The translations under genes were made by a program, and so were the position numbers. Of a stretch of 64,000 nucleotides of DNA, positions 39,466-51,510 are shown piece by piece. The notes beneath the pieces were generated by a model. That model saw only the letters and a program-made list of their open reading frames with translations, made no database searches and had not been told where the DNA came from. The stretch comes from the human T2T-CHM13v2.0 reference genome, Homo sapiens, in assembly GCF_009914755.1 (NCBI RefSeq), contig NC_060933.1, one strand, 5' to 3'. How positions within the stretch are numbered: position 1 is the first letter of the stretch; every line of letters begins with the position of its first letter.

Positions 39466-39990
39466 AAATGATACCTCATTGTGGTTTTGATTTGCATTTC
39501 TCTAATGATTTATGTTGTTGAATATTTTTAAAATACATTTGATGGAAAATTCTATATCTTTTGAGGGATATCTGTTCAAATCATTTGCCCATTTTTTAAT
39601 CACATTGTGTTTTTGCTGCTGAGATGTTTAAGCTCCTTGTATATTCTGCATATTAATCCCATTGGATGAGAAGTTTGCAAATAATTCTTTTTTTCATTCT
39701 GTAGGTTGCCTTTTCACTCTATTGATTATTTTCTCTGCTGTGCAGATTTCTGATTTGATACAATCCCATTTGTTTATTTTTGCTGTTGTTACCTGTTCTT
39801 TTAAGGGTTTTAAAACAAAACCTTTTCCCCAAATTCCCAATATTCTGAAGCATTTCCCCTGTGTTTTCTTTTAGTAGTTTTAAAGTTTGAGGTCTTACAT
39901 TTAAGTCTTTGATGGAGCTTAAGCTGATTTTTGCATAGGATGAAGGGTGGCGGTCTATTTCATTCTTCTGCATATGGCTATCTAGTCTCT
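39466..39990 (-). mobile_element. L1MA (L1MA4/5-like), right part
   Basis: cctcattgtggttttgatttgcatttc; ORF 39719-39973 IKDLNVRPQTLKLLKEN (ORF2 C-terminal region); right TSD tgtatatattcttt at 39991-40004. Confidence 0.88.
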
Positions 39991-41151
39991 TGTATATATT
40001 CTTTGGTGAGGTGTCTGTTAAGGTCTTTGGCCCAGTTTTAAACCAGACTTTTTTGTTGTTGACTTTTAAGAGTTATTTATATATTTATACATTTTACCTT
40101 TTTATTAAATAAGGTAATGGAGGTAAAAGGAGTATGTAATTTGCAGAATGCTATATGAATGTAAGAAGTTAAATGGAAAATTAAATTAACACAGAAGGCA
40201 ATTAAGAGGTTATTACATTCTTCATAAAAGAGTTCTTAGCATTGTAAGACATGATTTATTATAAGATTCTTATAAATGGTGATCACCTAGATAGGTCTGG
40301 GAAAATGATTATATTTTCCATGTTTAATTTGTTCTTTTTGAAGAGAAACTTTATAACATAAAATTATGCAGAAACTTATTTTTAACTAATCAAACATGGC
40401 TAAGATATTCTTCCTCACATGATCTGAATAGAATTGTTGCTATATGTTTTAAAATGTTGTATAGTAAAACTACTTTTATAATCTATTAACTTGAATTTTC
40501 TGACTAAGGACACTGGTTCGTTCTAAAGATATTAGTACATATATTATAAATGATGGCCTTGTTTTTACACAATCTGTTTAATTAGGTCACAGTTTCAATG
40601 TCAAGAAGTTTGATCGTTTTTCCCCCTGATATTTTAATGATCTACCCTTACATAATGAACCAGACTGAATTTTCAGTTGATCTAGTTCTGTCATAACTTT
40701 GCCAAAATCACTGACTAAGCCATTTTTCATTTCAGTGCTTTTGGTCACATATTCACAGTTTTAGAGTGCTTCAATTTTTCCAACCATCAGGTTATAGAGA
40801 AGGCCTATTACTGTCTCCAGTCATAACCTAATTCTTCCTGTTCATGACAGGGTCTGTTACCTGTTTTAGACCTTGTCTTTTCATCTGGTCATGTAGGTGT
40901 TTCTTATTTGGGAGCTATTTCTGACACTTCTTTTTCCTTTAGGGTATGGTTTTTTAATGAGTGATGATTTTTCAAACTTGCCTAAGTGATGCTTGTTATG
41001 TACATGCATAGTGCCGTCTAGTTTGTGGTTTATGACATTTCTAGGGAAAAAATTGTGATTTGTACAATTCATAAGTTAGCATTTTTCCAGTGCTTTGTAC
41101 TGGTGGTACAACATAAACTTTAGAGATGGTAAAGACAATGGGAAAGGACAT

Positions 41152-41375
41152 TAATATCTATTGAGGACCAAATAATATGCTAGGTGTTATGTAAAGCATT
41201 TACATACATTATCACAGGTAAATTCTAAGCTAGAACTTTCAGACAGTAATATTTTCCCATTTAATAGGTGAGGAAACAAAGGCTGTAATTTTTCATGACT
41301 GTATGGCTAATAAATGCTGGAGCTCACATTAACCCCAGGTTTATCTGACTCCCTTCTAACAAATTCTATTGCCTT
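41152..41375 (-). mobile_element. MIR SINE
   Basis: atctattgagga..tgctaggtgttatgtaaagcatttacatacattatc..cccatttaataggtgaggaaac..aaccccaggtttatctgactcc. Confidence 0.8.
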
Positions 41376-41404
41376 TCTTCATCAAAGAAAAATCCAATCA
41401 CTTT

Positions 41405-42600
41405 CTAACAGCTTTCCTTGTAATTAACCTACAAATACACTGGACATATTTAAAGTGTACAATTTAATAAGATTTATAATAGGAATAAACCTATGAAATC
41501 AGTAACAAAGTCAAGAAAATGAACATGTCCATCTCCCCTAAAATTTCCTCATGCCTCTTCTTACTTCTTCCCTCTATATCTCCTTCCACACTTCAGGTAA
41601 CTTGTTTTCTATTACTATGTATCCTTTTGTATTTTCAATAACCTATGTAAATGAAATCTGAAAGTACGTGCTGTTTTTTATGACTTATTTTATATAGCAT
41701 AATTCTTTTAAGACTCATTTCATTCATATTGATGTAGATACCAACAATTCATTTCATTACAAAAATATACAACAGATAATTATAAATTCACCTGTTAATG
41801 GATATATTGGTTGTTTTCAGATATTGGGTGTTACTGAGAGAATTGCTTAGTGAGAAGCAATTGCTATGAACATTCATGTAACAAGTGTTTGTAAGTATGT
41901 GTGCTTTCATTGGTCAGGTATAAATATCTGGAAATAATATTGCTAAATAATATGATAGATGTATGCTAATTTTTATAACTATAAAACATATTTCTGAAAT
42001 GATTGTTTATTTGACATTTCTCCTTGAAATGTTTGAGAGTTCCAGTCATTCCTCATCCTTGCCAACACTTCATATGGTTCGTTTCTTTAATTTTATCCAG
42101 TCGAATGTGAGTAGTACTAATTTATTGTGGCATTAATTTCTGTTTCCCTAATAACTAATGATTTTGAAAATCTTTTTATATGCTTTTAAAAATTCCTGTA
42201 TCTTTTTGGTAAAGTGTCTGTTCAAATCAATTTCCCACTTATTTATTGGATTATTTTCTTATTGATTTTGAGGGTTGTCTATAAGTTTTGGATATAAATC
42301 CAATATAAGATGTACGATCTGAAAATATTTTCTCCCTATCTGTGGCTTCACTTGTCATTTTTTATCAGTGTTTTTGATGAGCAGAAATTTTTCATTTTGA
42401 TTAAATCCAGTTTATTGTTTGATCTATTGTCTATCTTTACATTAATACCAAATTATAGTAACAAAATACCTCTCATTATAGTAATGAAATGTCTTGTTTT
42501 GTGTATAGTCTTGACTGTCATAGCTTTGCTTTACAGTAAGCCATGAAACCAGATAATGACAGTCTTTCAAAGTTGTTCTTCTTTTTCAAATATGTTTTGA
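41405..42600 (-). mobile_element. L1ME1-like 3' end plus ORF2 C-terminus
   Basis: catatttaaagtgtacaattt..tcaagaaaatgaacatgtccatctcccctaaaatttcctcatgcc; gagagttccagtcattcctcatccttgccaacact. Confidence 0.8.
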
Positions 42601-43841
42601 AATATGAGGTGATAATCAGGGTAAGTCTGAAGAGCTAGCACAGGATAGGAGTCATCTAGAGAAACTTTGTGGATTTTAGAGGGTTTTGATTTATTTTTGG
42701 ACTTTTTTAAAAGCTCAAGTCTAACTAAATTATCTTGTAATTCCAAATCTTGGAGAGGTAAATTTCTGTAAAATCCATTCATTCAGAAAAAAAGCACATA
42801 AATCTAAAAATTTCCCTTAGGTTCTCTAATAGTAGCTAGATTTAATCTAAATTCCCAGATGGCTCAAACAAAAACAAAAATAAAACAATAACAAATGGCT
42901 CAGCATTAGTTAAGTGACTCTCAAACTGTACCAGGCCAGCCACCCAAGCAAATGCAAGGCTGACATTTTAAACAAATAAATGTGTCATGATCTACAGTAT
43001 TCAATGATAGACAGGTTACCTGTGAGTCAGGAGACATTTATGCAGTTTACATGATCTCTTTGTTTTACAATCTCCTGAAATAAACTGGTCAAGGTTCTGC
43101 CACGTGAAATTAAGTGAATCCTGGTGAAGCATCTTTAAGGAACTAATGTAAATTTATAATGGTCCCAAATGAAGCAGAGGATAATTTAATTCTTAGGTGT
43201 TATAAAGAGGTATCAGATGCATAATTATTAAATAATCCTAATTTCTACTCCAAATGGGAAGAAAAATAAATGAATTGCTCAGTTATTAATACTTTTGTTT
43301 TAAGAATATAGTCAAACACTTGGGTGCACATTTTATGTTGCATCTGACAAGAGCCATGTGATTACAATTAAGAATAAAATAAGTCATATGGCGAAATCTC
43401 TTTATTTCACAATGAAAATAGCCTCTTTAATATTACTTTAATGAAGATTATATTAAAAGTAAATTATTCCAGTGTAGCTAAGTAGCTATTATCATTCACT
43501 GCTTTTAGTAATTACCTATAGCATAAATGTTCTCTAATAAAGTATTTCACACACCAATGTCTGCCATATTATTTTGCGGCCATAGTAATCTAAAATAATT
43601 TTTTATGAGAAGCAGAATTTCAGAAGAGACAATCAAACTAAAATCTTACTGGATCTTCCAGTGCCTACATTTTTCACAAATTTAGATTTATTTTTTTCCT
43701 TCAACAATATATACAGAGACTATGAACTTTATTTTCGCTTCTCAAATATCTGCTCAATATTTTCTTGAGAGTGCCTCTAAATTTATTTTATATTTATTGC
43801 TTATAATTCACATACCAGTTGTACTGCTATCCTTTCAAGGC

Positions 43842-43893
43842 TAAACAGGAAGCGTGAACAGGAAGCATAAACAGGAAGCATAAACAGGAAGCA
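43842..43893 (+). repeat. 13-bp tandem repeat x4 (taaacaggaagca)
   Basis: taaacaggaagcg-tgaacaggaagca-taaacaggaagca-taaacaggaagca. Confidence 0.95.
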
Positions 43894-46499
43894 TAGGGTC
43901 TTGATTCAATCTCAAAGCCTAGATTAACTACTATGGATGCAATTCCAAGCCTTGCTCAAATGCCTGGAAATACACAGGTCAAGTTGTAGACATTGTTTCT
44001 GACTACTGTTTCATCTCCCCACTGAAAAAGAACTTCATAGGAAAAATTGATTTTATAATATTGACGTTGCTGCTTACCTTAATATTTGTCCCTGAAATTA
44101 TAATAACTTGAGAGCTTTTACATGAGGACTTCTATAACTCTGAAAATAAACCTCCTAATACACAGAAATAAGCTATAGTTGCCAGCCTTCAATTTTGTTT
44201 ACCATTTGACACAAATCTGGTGACTATAGCAACATCTTGGCAAGGCCATACATATGGCAGAGTGCCTGTACTACTGATTATAATTTTCTGTTGACTGACT
44301 TTGAATTGGGAAGGCTGGTGACTCTAGGTCAAATTCAAGAGAAAAAAGTGCTTAGGAGAAAAATTTTAGCATCATTTGAGTTAAGCAATGGAAGAATTAC
44401 AACCATAAGCATGCCCATTTTTACCAACTTTATTATCCACATCTATAAATTCATAATAATTATGCTCATATAGTAGCTTATGTAATACATATTTCATTAT
44501 ATGTGCCCATAAAATGTACTGTCAATAAAGTAAATGGGTAAGCATATCTTACACATATGCCACACATGACTTTTATATAAATCAAAGCATTCACATTTAA
44601 GATCATATAGGTTTTTTACATTGGTAAAAAAAATACTACCTCATGCAAATTATAGACTTCACAATTTGCTACAATATAGAAGTTTTTAAGAGAATGTCCC
44701 CTAAAGGCACTGGCAATTTGGCATATATATTTAAGACAACTAACATGTTCTTATTAACACTGTACAGTATAAGAAACACATCTCATCTCTCTCTAACAAA
44801 AATTTTTGTTCATTTGTTATAGCTGGTGACAATAATGAACAGATGCCAATAGGAATGAATGATAATTTAGTTCACTTTAAATAAGGCTTACTAAAGTACA
44901 GAAATATTTTAAAAGATGATTACTTAGATTCAATGAATTTGTAATTGAAATAGATGCTGCAATTTTTTGGAAGAAAATGATCATTTAAAATAATTTGTTT
45001 CACCCATTTCATCTTGAATTACCAAATCAAGGGTATAATACAACTCAATACTAAAACTAGTAAAGCCCACGTTACCTTTTTGTGTCCACCTGTAAATTAG
45101 GTTGCTTTTTCCAAGACATTCTAATTATAAAATCCATGTTTCAGTTATTCAAGTCAACTGTAAATAAATGAACCTGCTTTAAGTCTGACTTCACCAGCTG
45201 TATTAATTTCAGACCACGTGTCTCCTTTCTTTGGTTTCCTCTATTGATTCTGGAAAAAGAGAATGGTATTTGATTAGAATGAAAGTGTATACTCCAGCCA
45301 ATTTTGATATTTCATTTGCAAGTTACTTCCTGTAATGTCCTTCTCCTTTGATCTAATAATGAAAATGTGTCAGTATATTCTCATTACAACAGCAAGGTAA
45401 AGCAGCCCAAGCCTCCTGGGGCCAGAAGGACTATACTTTGCGAATTTAAAATGAGAAAACTATACTCTCAGGGCTTGCCAAGGAGTGTGCTGCAGACCCC
45501 TAATTTCTCCCTTCAGCAATTGAACCAACTGGGAATTTAAAAATGGGTGATACAAAAGGGTTCTAATATTGAGTGAGAGATGGGGGTGGGGAAGAAAAAG
45601 GAGAATGAGACTACAAGTAGATAGTAACTGTTGTGTTGACATTTTCTGCTCACTGGAGAATTATGATTAAAAAAATTAAAACAAAAACCAAAATATGTTG
45701 TTGTACACCCATTTCAACTTACACATCTTGATTCTTTATGGTGTTAATAGTATTTTGAATAGTAAAGCTTGATATGGATTTGAACTCACGTTTGAAAAAA
45801 CAGCTTAAAACATTTCCTTCTAAGTTCACATAAAAATAAATTCAAGTTATATTCACTTCTAAAAGGCTAACAGCAAATAAATGTATCTAGATAGTAACAA
45901 AATGTAGTGTAATGGGTGACTGAGTTTGATAATTAGATATATCTAACAGAAAAATGCACATGCTAAATTTATTTTAATTTAAAAACTCCAGCTGAATTTG
46001 TAATTCATGCACGTATCACATATGGATGTGAGGTAGTTAATATCCTTAAGATTAGAGGAACATTTTAACTCTTTCAAAAAAACATAAAATCAATATAATA
46101 TTTTGTTTTACCTTTACCTTAAAAAGAAGACTTGAAAAATATGTGTAATATATATAATTAACATTGTTGTACACCTATATTAAATAATACGTACATATTA
46201 TTCCTTAGATACATATATTTACAGTTCAGTAATTTTAGTGGGTTGAACACTGTCTCTCCAAAAGATATATCTGAACCCTAATCCCCCCTACCTGTGGAAA
46301 TACTCTTACTTGGATGTTGGGATGAGGTCATCCTGGATTTAGGGTGGACTCTAAATCCGATGACTGATGTCTTTATAAGAGAAAGAAGAGGGATATCTGA
46401 AATGCAAGAGGAAAACCATGTGAAGACAGAGGTACATATTGGAGTGATATGTCTACAAGGCAAGGAACTCCAAACATTGCCACAGCCCCTAGAAGCTAG

Positions 46500-48075
46500 T
46501 GAGAGGTGACAGCGTGCTAGCAGTCCTCACAGCTTTCGCTCACTCTCGGCGCCTCCTCTGCCTGGGCTCCCACTTTGGCGGCACTTGAGGAGCCCTTCGG
46601 CCCTCCGCTGCACTGTGGGAGCCCCTTTCTGGGCTGGCCAAGGCTGGAGCCCACTCCCTCAGCTTGCAGGGAGGTGTGGAGGGAGAGGCGTGAGCGGGAA
46701 CCAGGGCTGCATGCGGCACTTGCGGGCCAGCTGGAGTTCCAGGTGGGCGTGGGCTTGGAGCCTGGCACTTGGAGCAGCTGGCCCCGGGCAATGAGGGACT
46801 TAGCACCGGGGCCAGTGGCTGCAGAGGGTGTACTGGGTCCCCCAGAAGTGCTGGCCCACCGGCCCTGCGCTCGATTTCTCACCTAGCCTTAGCTGCGTTC
46901 CCGCAGGGCAGGGCTCGGGACCTGCAGCCCGCCATGCCTGAGCCTCCCACCCACTCCATGGGCTCCTGTGTGGCCCCAGCCTCCCCGACGAGCACCACCC
47001 CCTGCTGCATGGTGCCCAGTCCCATCGACCACCCAAGGGCTGAGGAATGCGAGAGCACGGCGGGGGACTGGCAGGCAGCTCCACCTGCAGCCCCAGTGCA
47101 GGATCCACTAGGTGAAGCCAGCTGGGCTCCTGAGTCTGGTGGGGACGTGGAGAGTCTTTATGTCTAGCTCAGGGATTGTAAATACACCAATCAGCACCCT
47201 GTGTTTAGCTCAAGGTTTGTGAGTGCACCAATCGGCACTCTGTATCTAGCTGCTCTGGTGGGGCCTTGGAGAACCTTTATGTCTAGCTCAGGGATTGTAA
47301 AGAAACCAATTGGCACTCTGTATCTAGCTCAGGGATTGTAAATACACCAATCGGCAGTCTGTATCTAGCTCAAGGTTTGTAAACACACCAATCAGCACCC
47401 TGTGTTTAGCTCAAGGTTTGTGAATGCACCAATTGACACTCTGTATCTAGCTGCTCTGGTGGGGCCTTGGAGAACCTGTGTGTCGAAACTCTGTATCTAA
47501 CTAATCTGATGGGGACGTGGAGAACCTTTGTATCTAGCTCAGGGATTGTAAACGCACCAATCAGGGCCCTGACAAAACAGGCCACTCGGCTCTACCAATC
47601 AGCAGGATGTGGGTGGGGCCAGATTAGAGAATAAAAGCAGACTGCCCCAGCCAGCATTGGCAACCTGCTTGGGTCCCCTTCCACACTGTGGAAGCTTTGT
47701 TCTTTCGCTCTTTGCAATAAATCTTGCTAGTGCTCACTCTTTGGGTCCACGCTGCTTTTATGAGTTGTAACACTCACCGCGAAGATCTGCAGCTTCACTC
47801 CTGAGCCCAGCGAGACCACAAGGCCACCGGGAGGAATGAACAACTCCAGACATGCTGCCTTAAGAGCTGTAACACTCACTGTGAAGGTCTGCATCTTCAC
47901 TCCTGAGCCCAGCGAGACCACGAACCCACCAGAAGGAATAAACTCCGAACACATATGAATATCAGAAGGGACAGACTCCAGACGTGCCACCTTAAGACCT
48001 GTAACACTCACCGCGAGGGTCTGCGGCTTCATTCTTGAAGTAAGTGAGACCAAGAGTCCACCAATTCCGGACACA
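46500..48075 (+). mobile_element. Solo LTR12C (ERV9 LTR), full length 1576 bp
   Basis: Starts tgagaggtgacagcgtgct; ends ccaccaattccggacaca; 4-bp TSD ctag (46496-46499 and 48076-48079); GC-rich U3, tandem CCAAT repeats, U5 repeats. Confidence 0.96.
47187..47640 (+). promoter_or_regulatory. LTR12C U3 enhancer/promoter: 8 CCAAT (NF-Y) boxes, GC/GT box, TATA-like AATAAAA
   Basis: CCAAT at 47187, 47228, 47306, 47347, 47388, 47429, 47557 and 47595; gggtggggc at 47611; aataaaa at 47630-47636. Activity is not shown by sequence. Confidence 0.75.
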
Positions 48076-48734
48076 CTAGGAATAAGTAATCGAACAGATT
48101 CTCCCCCAGAGCCTCCCTAAGGAACCAGTCCTGCTGACACCTTGATTTCAGATTTCTGGCCTATGGAATTGTGGGAGAATAAATTTCTGTTGTGTAAGTC
48201 ACAAGTTTGTGGTAACTTGTTAGGCCAGCTCTAAGAAATATAATAGAGTGATCTAGCAATAAATGCAAGCATACCTGATCACAATTTTAATTGGCCACCT
48301 ATCATCTCAAAGATCAAGGACAATTGCATATAGCAGTAAAATAATCCAACAAGAACCATCTCTCAAAATATGAAATTTTGACTGCAGAAGTGACCACAGA
48401 GAATCTTTACTGAGAAAACTCATTTAGACATTTTAGACATTTAGACATAAAACTGCATTTTAGACATCTCAAAAAAAAAGTAGACATCAAGTTAGGTGGG
48501 GACAAAGACAATTCTATAGGCATTCAATGTTCAGAAGGCAAGTTGGTAATTTAATGGATGGTGTTATAAATCTGCCTTTGATCCTTTAGGAGGAAAGAAT
48601 AGAGAAATTGCTTCTAAAATGAACCCAAGTCTTCAAAGGAGAAATTCTTAGTACTTTCAAATAATTTGGAATTCACCCTTTGACCAGATTTTAACTTTTT
48701 ATTCACCTGCCTTTCTGAAACTTGAGTCTAACAC

Positions 48735-49045
48735 TCCTCTCTTAAAAATCAATTCCTGGATTCGACCCAAAATATTCTCATTCAGTAGGGCTAGGGAGAT
48801 GTGAGTTTATTGTATTATTAATAATTATTTGAGTAATTGTGACAAAGGAGGTAGTGGGCAACATTTTGAAGTACACTGCTTAGAAAATGTGTTGTATCCT
48901 TATACCTCATAAAATATACCATGACACTTACTAAAAATACAGCTTCTCCAATTCTTATTCCTGACCCATTGAATTAGAATCTGCAGTTTGTAAGGCCCGC
49001 TGTGATTATTATGACTAGGCAATTCACAAGACAGTGGCTTAGAAC
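48735..49045. mobile_element. MER5-like hAT fragments (highly diverged)
   Basis: attcctggattcgaccc..ttctcattcagtagggctaggg..acattttgaagtacactgc; gaattagaatctgcagttt. Confidence 0.45.
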
Positions 49046-51313
49046 CAAAAAATCTGACCTTGATTGATTTTGATACACACATTGACATCAATATAAGAAA
49101 GCAGGGACTTTAAGAAGAATATAAACCCATTACTTACCATTGTATATCACAGTATATATAAGTTTTGGAAAACACAGCAACTTGACCTGGTAGAAAAATT
49201 CAAGTTTTGTTCAAAAGTACCTTTGAGGTCAATGTTCATCCTAGTGTCTTTCTCAGCATCTGCAGATTCCCTCAGCCTGCTGCTTGAACAGTTGCGAATG
49301 AATGAAGATCACCGCAGCCTTCCCCCCTGCTGTTGCTCATTTGCCCATTAGCATCTGCTTAAGCAGCAGGCTGGGGGAAGCTCTGGTGCCCAATCAATGT
49401 AGCTGATGAGGGCTGGGGTAGGGAGGCCTCTGTTGCCAACAGAGCCAGAGCATAAATCAACTCCAATCTTGGCAAAGGTTATTAATCTTTGAAAGGGTGA
49501 CTTATATATCACAGTGCTGGGATGGAGAAAGCTATGCTTGACATTTATGGGAAACAAGGTAAAGCTGAAACATTATTTGTATGCTAACTTGGGCAAATCC
49601 ATTGAATGTCCTAAGTCACAGGTTCCTTAACCTGGAAAGTGATTTACAATAAGGTTCAAACCTTATCTGATGCTAAATATAAACCCAGAGATACAAAAAC
49701 ACCCCAAGAAAGAAAACCACCCTAAGACTTTTCTGGAGTAAATTATCCTATTTTTATTTAAAATGCAAGATCACCTTATTATCAAATTTCTCAGAAAAAG
49801 ACTAATTCTACTCTCTCAAACTAAATATTTGTTATTTCCAAATTTTACAGTTTGGAAATTTGAAGACTTAGAGAGGTTAGATATAGATAATAAAAGAAGT
49901 TGGCTGGAAACTGAAAAGTAAAGATCCACTCCATCCTGAGCATGGGTACTAGCTTTATCGCCACATAAAATGGCCTACTTTAAGTATTCTGAACATAGGC
50001 AGAATGCCTGTGAAAAAGGTTGGATGTAGCATTGTAGGGAGAAGAGAAAGGCTGGCACAGATTAGGGTGAGGCTAGGGTGGTATATTGCCATCAAAACAG
50101 ACAGGGTTTAAGTTACACAGAACATATGGAGTATTAAACAATGACACAGCATCTGAAAGTACTTTGCACATTGAGAAATGCTAAATGTAAACAGGTTAGT
50201 CTGTGAATTAGATGTTATTTTTCTCTGGTGTGAGGGATTTTTAAGTGACGTAAAAAGAAGTATTCAAACAGACCCACTGAGGACTGAGTGTTAAGTACTT
50301 TGCAAATACAAGGCAGTTCATACAAGAATTGCTACATTTTCTACATCTATAATGGACCAAGTACAGTGCTTGGAAATCCCCTTTGAGTATATTAGAAAAA
50401 TATTAAACAAGATTCCTCTCTCAACAAGATTTCTGGCTACTAAGCAGATGCCAGCCATATATGAAAAATAAAATCACTACATAATCATATAGCTATATTA
50501 TTCTATGATATATTGAAATAATAATATAAAAATGTGACAAAATTACTGACACAAATAGTTTGAATGCAATCACTTTCGACATCTCAATAGTCTCTTTCTA
50601 AATTGGAATGTAATGATTTACTTAATTTCTCCCTCTAATATATCATCCTTTGCTTCAAAAACTTTGCTTTCAGATGCAAGATCTTATAAATGAGCATTAA
50701 TCTATATGATATTTAATGGAAAAATGGCAATGGTACTATTAATAGTAAAGTAATAATATTAATAATGTGCTGTGTAATAATATACAGTGGATGACAGTTT
50801 ATCTCATCATCAGCCTAATAAAATGCAAACTCTCCCAAAGCATCCAGGATTGTAAGAATTGTAGCATCTGGACATCAGTGTTTGCATTTGTCCAATTGTT
50901 CAGCAGAAAAATTGGCACAAACTATCACTATCATTTTCAATTACTTTTGGGAATAACTTTCATGAATAGCAATTTTGATTAAAAAACAAGGTATATGAGT
51001 ACTCTGAGTACTATTCTTTAGAATATTTCATTGCTTTTCTTTTTGAATTGAGTATAATCTAACTAATCTGTCATTAAGAGTAAAATCATGTACAATTTCA
51101 GAAATATGTATAGTATCCATATATATCAAAAGACACAGCTCAACAAAATAAAAAAAATAATGCTTCAAATGTTCTTAAGAGTATGGATAAATGCATTTAA
51201 AAGTGTCTTAGAAAGCCACATCAACCAATAAATATAGTCAACTCAAGTGAAGGGTCCTAGGTTTGAGCAAGGTCAAAGCTGAATTTCTAATTGCTATTGT
51301 ATTTTAATTTTAG

Positions 51314-51349
51314 GTATGTATGTATGTATGTATGTATGTATGTATGTAT
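51314..51349. repeat. (GTAT)9 microsatellite, probably derived from the FAM tail
   Basis: Counted directly; abuts the FAM 3' end. Confidence 0.93.
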
Positions 51350-51510
51350 TTAGAGACAGGGTCTCACTATGTTGCCTAGGCTAGAGTGAAGTTGCTATTT
51401 ACTGGCACGATTGTAGCACACTACAGCTTCAAACTGCTGGCATCAAGCAATCCTCCTGCCTCAGCCTCTTGAGGAGCTGGAACTACAGGCATGTGCCACT
51501 GTGCCCAGCT
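51350..51510 (-). mobile_element. FAM (fossil Alu monomer)
   Basis: Single monomer retaining the 7SL-like segment gctatttactggcacgattgtagcacactacagc (consensus GCTGTAGTGCGCTATGATCGCGCCTGTGAATAGC). Confidence 0.85.

Larger units (their letters stand above)
46234..48248 (+). mobile_element. MLT1C-like MaLR LTR split by LTR12C (46234-46499 and 48076-48248)
   Basis: tagtgggttgaa..ccaaaagatat..gatgaggtcatcctggatttagggtgg..ctagaagctag | ctagga..aacagattctccc..ctgctgacaccttgatttcaga..aataaatttctgttg. Confidence 0.88.

Noticed and set aside
45066-45100. Minus-strand microexon-like pattern tttacag|gtggacacaaaaag|gtaacg
   Set aside because: 14 nt, not frame-preserving, weak polypyrimidine tract; compatible with chance
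46517-47167. Overlapping 69-132 aa ORFs on both strands
   Set aside because: Expected from stop-poor GC-rich LTR12C U3 sequence; no recognisable domain
47160-47600. Regular repeats of about 41 bp that look superficially CRISPR-like
   Set aside because: These are the standard LTR12 CCAAT enhancer units, with no unique spacers and no cas genes, in primate DNA
48421-48468. Short (cat)ttagac repeats
   Set aside because: Small imperfect slippage repeat with no further structure
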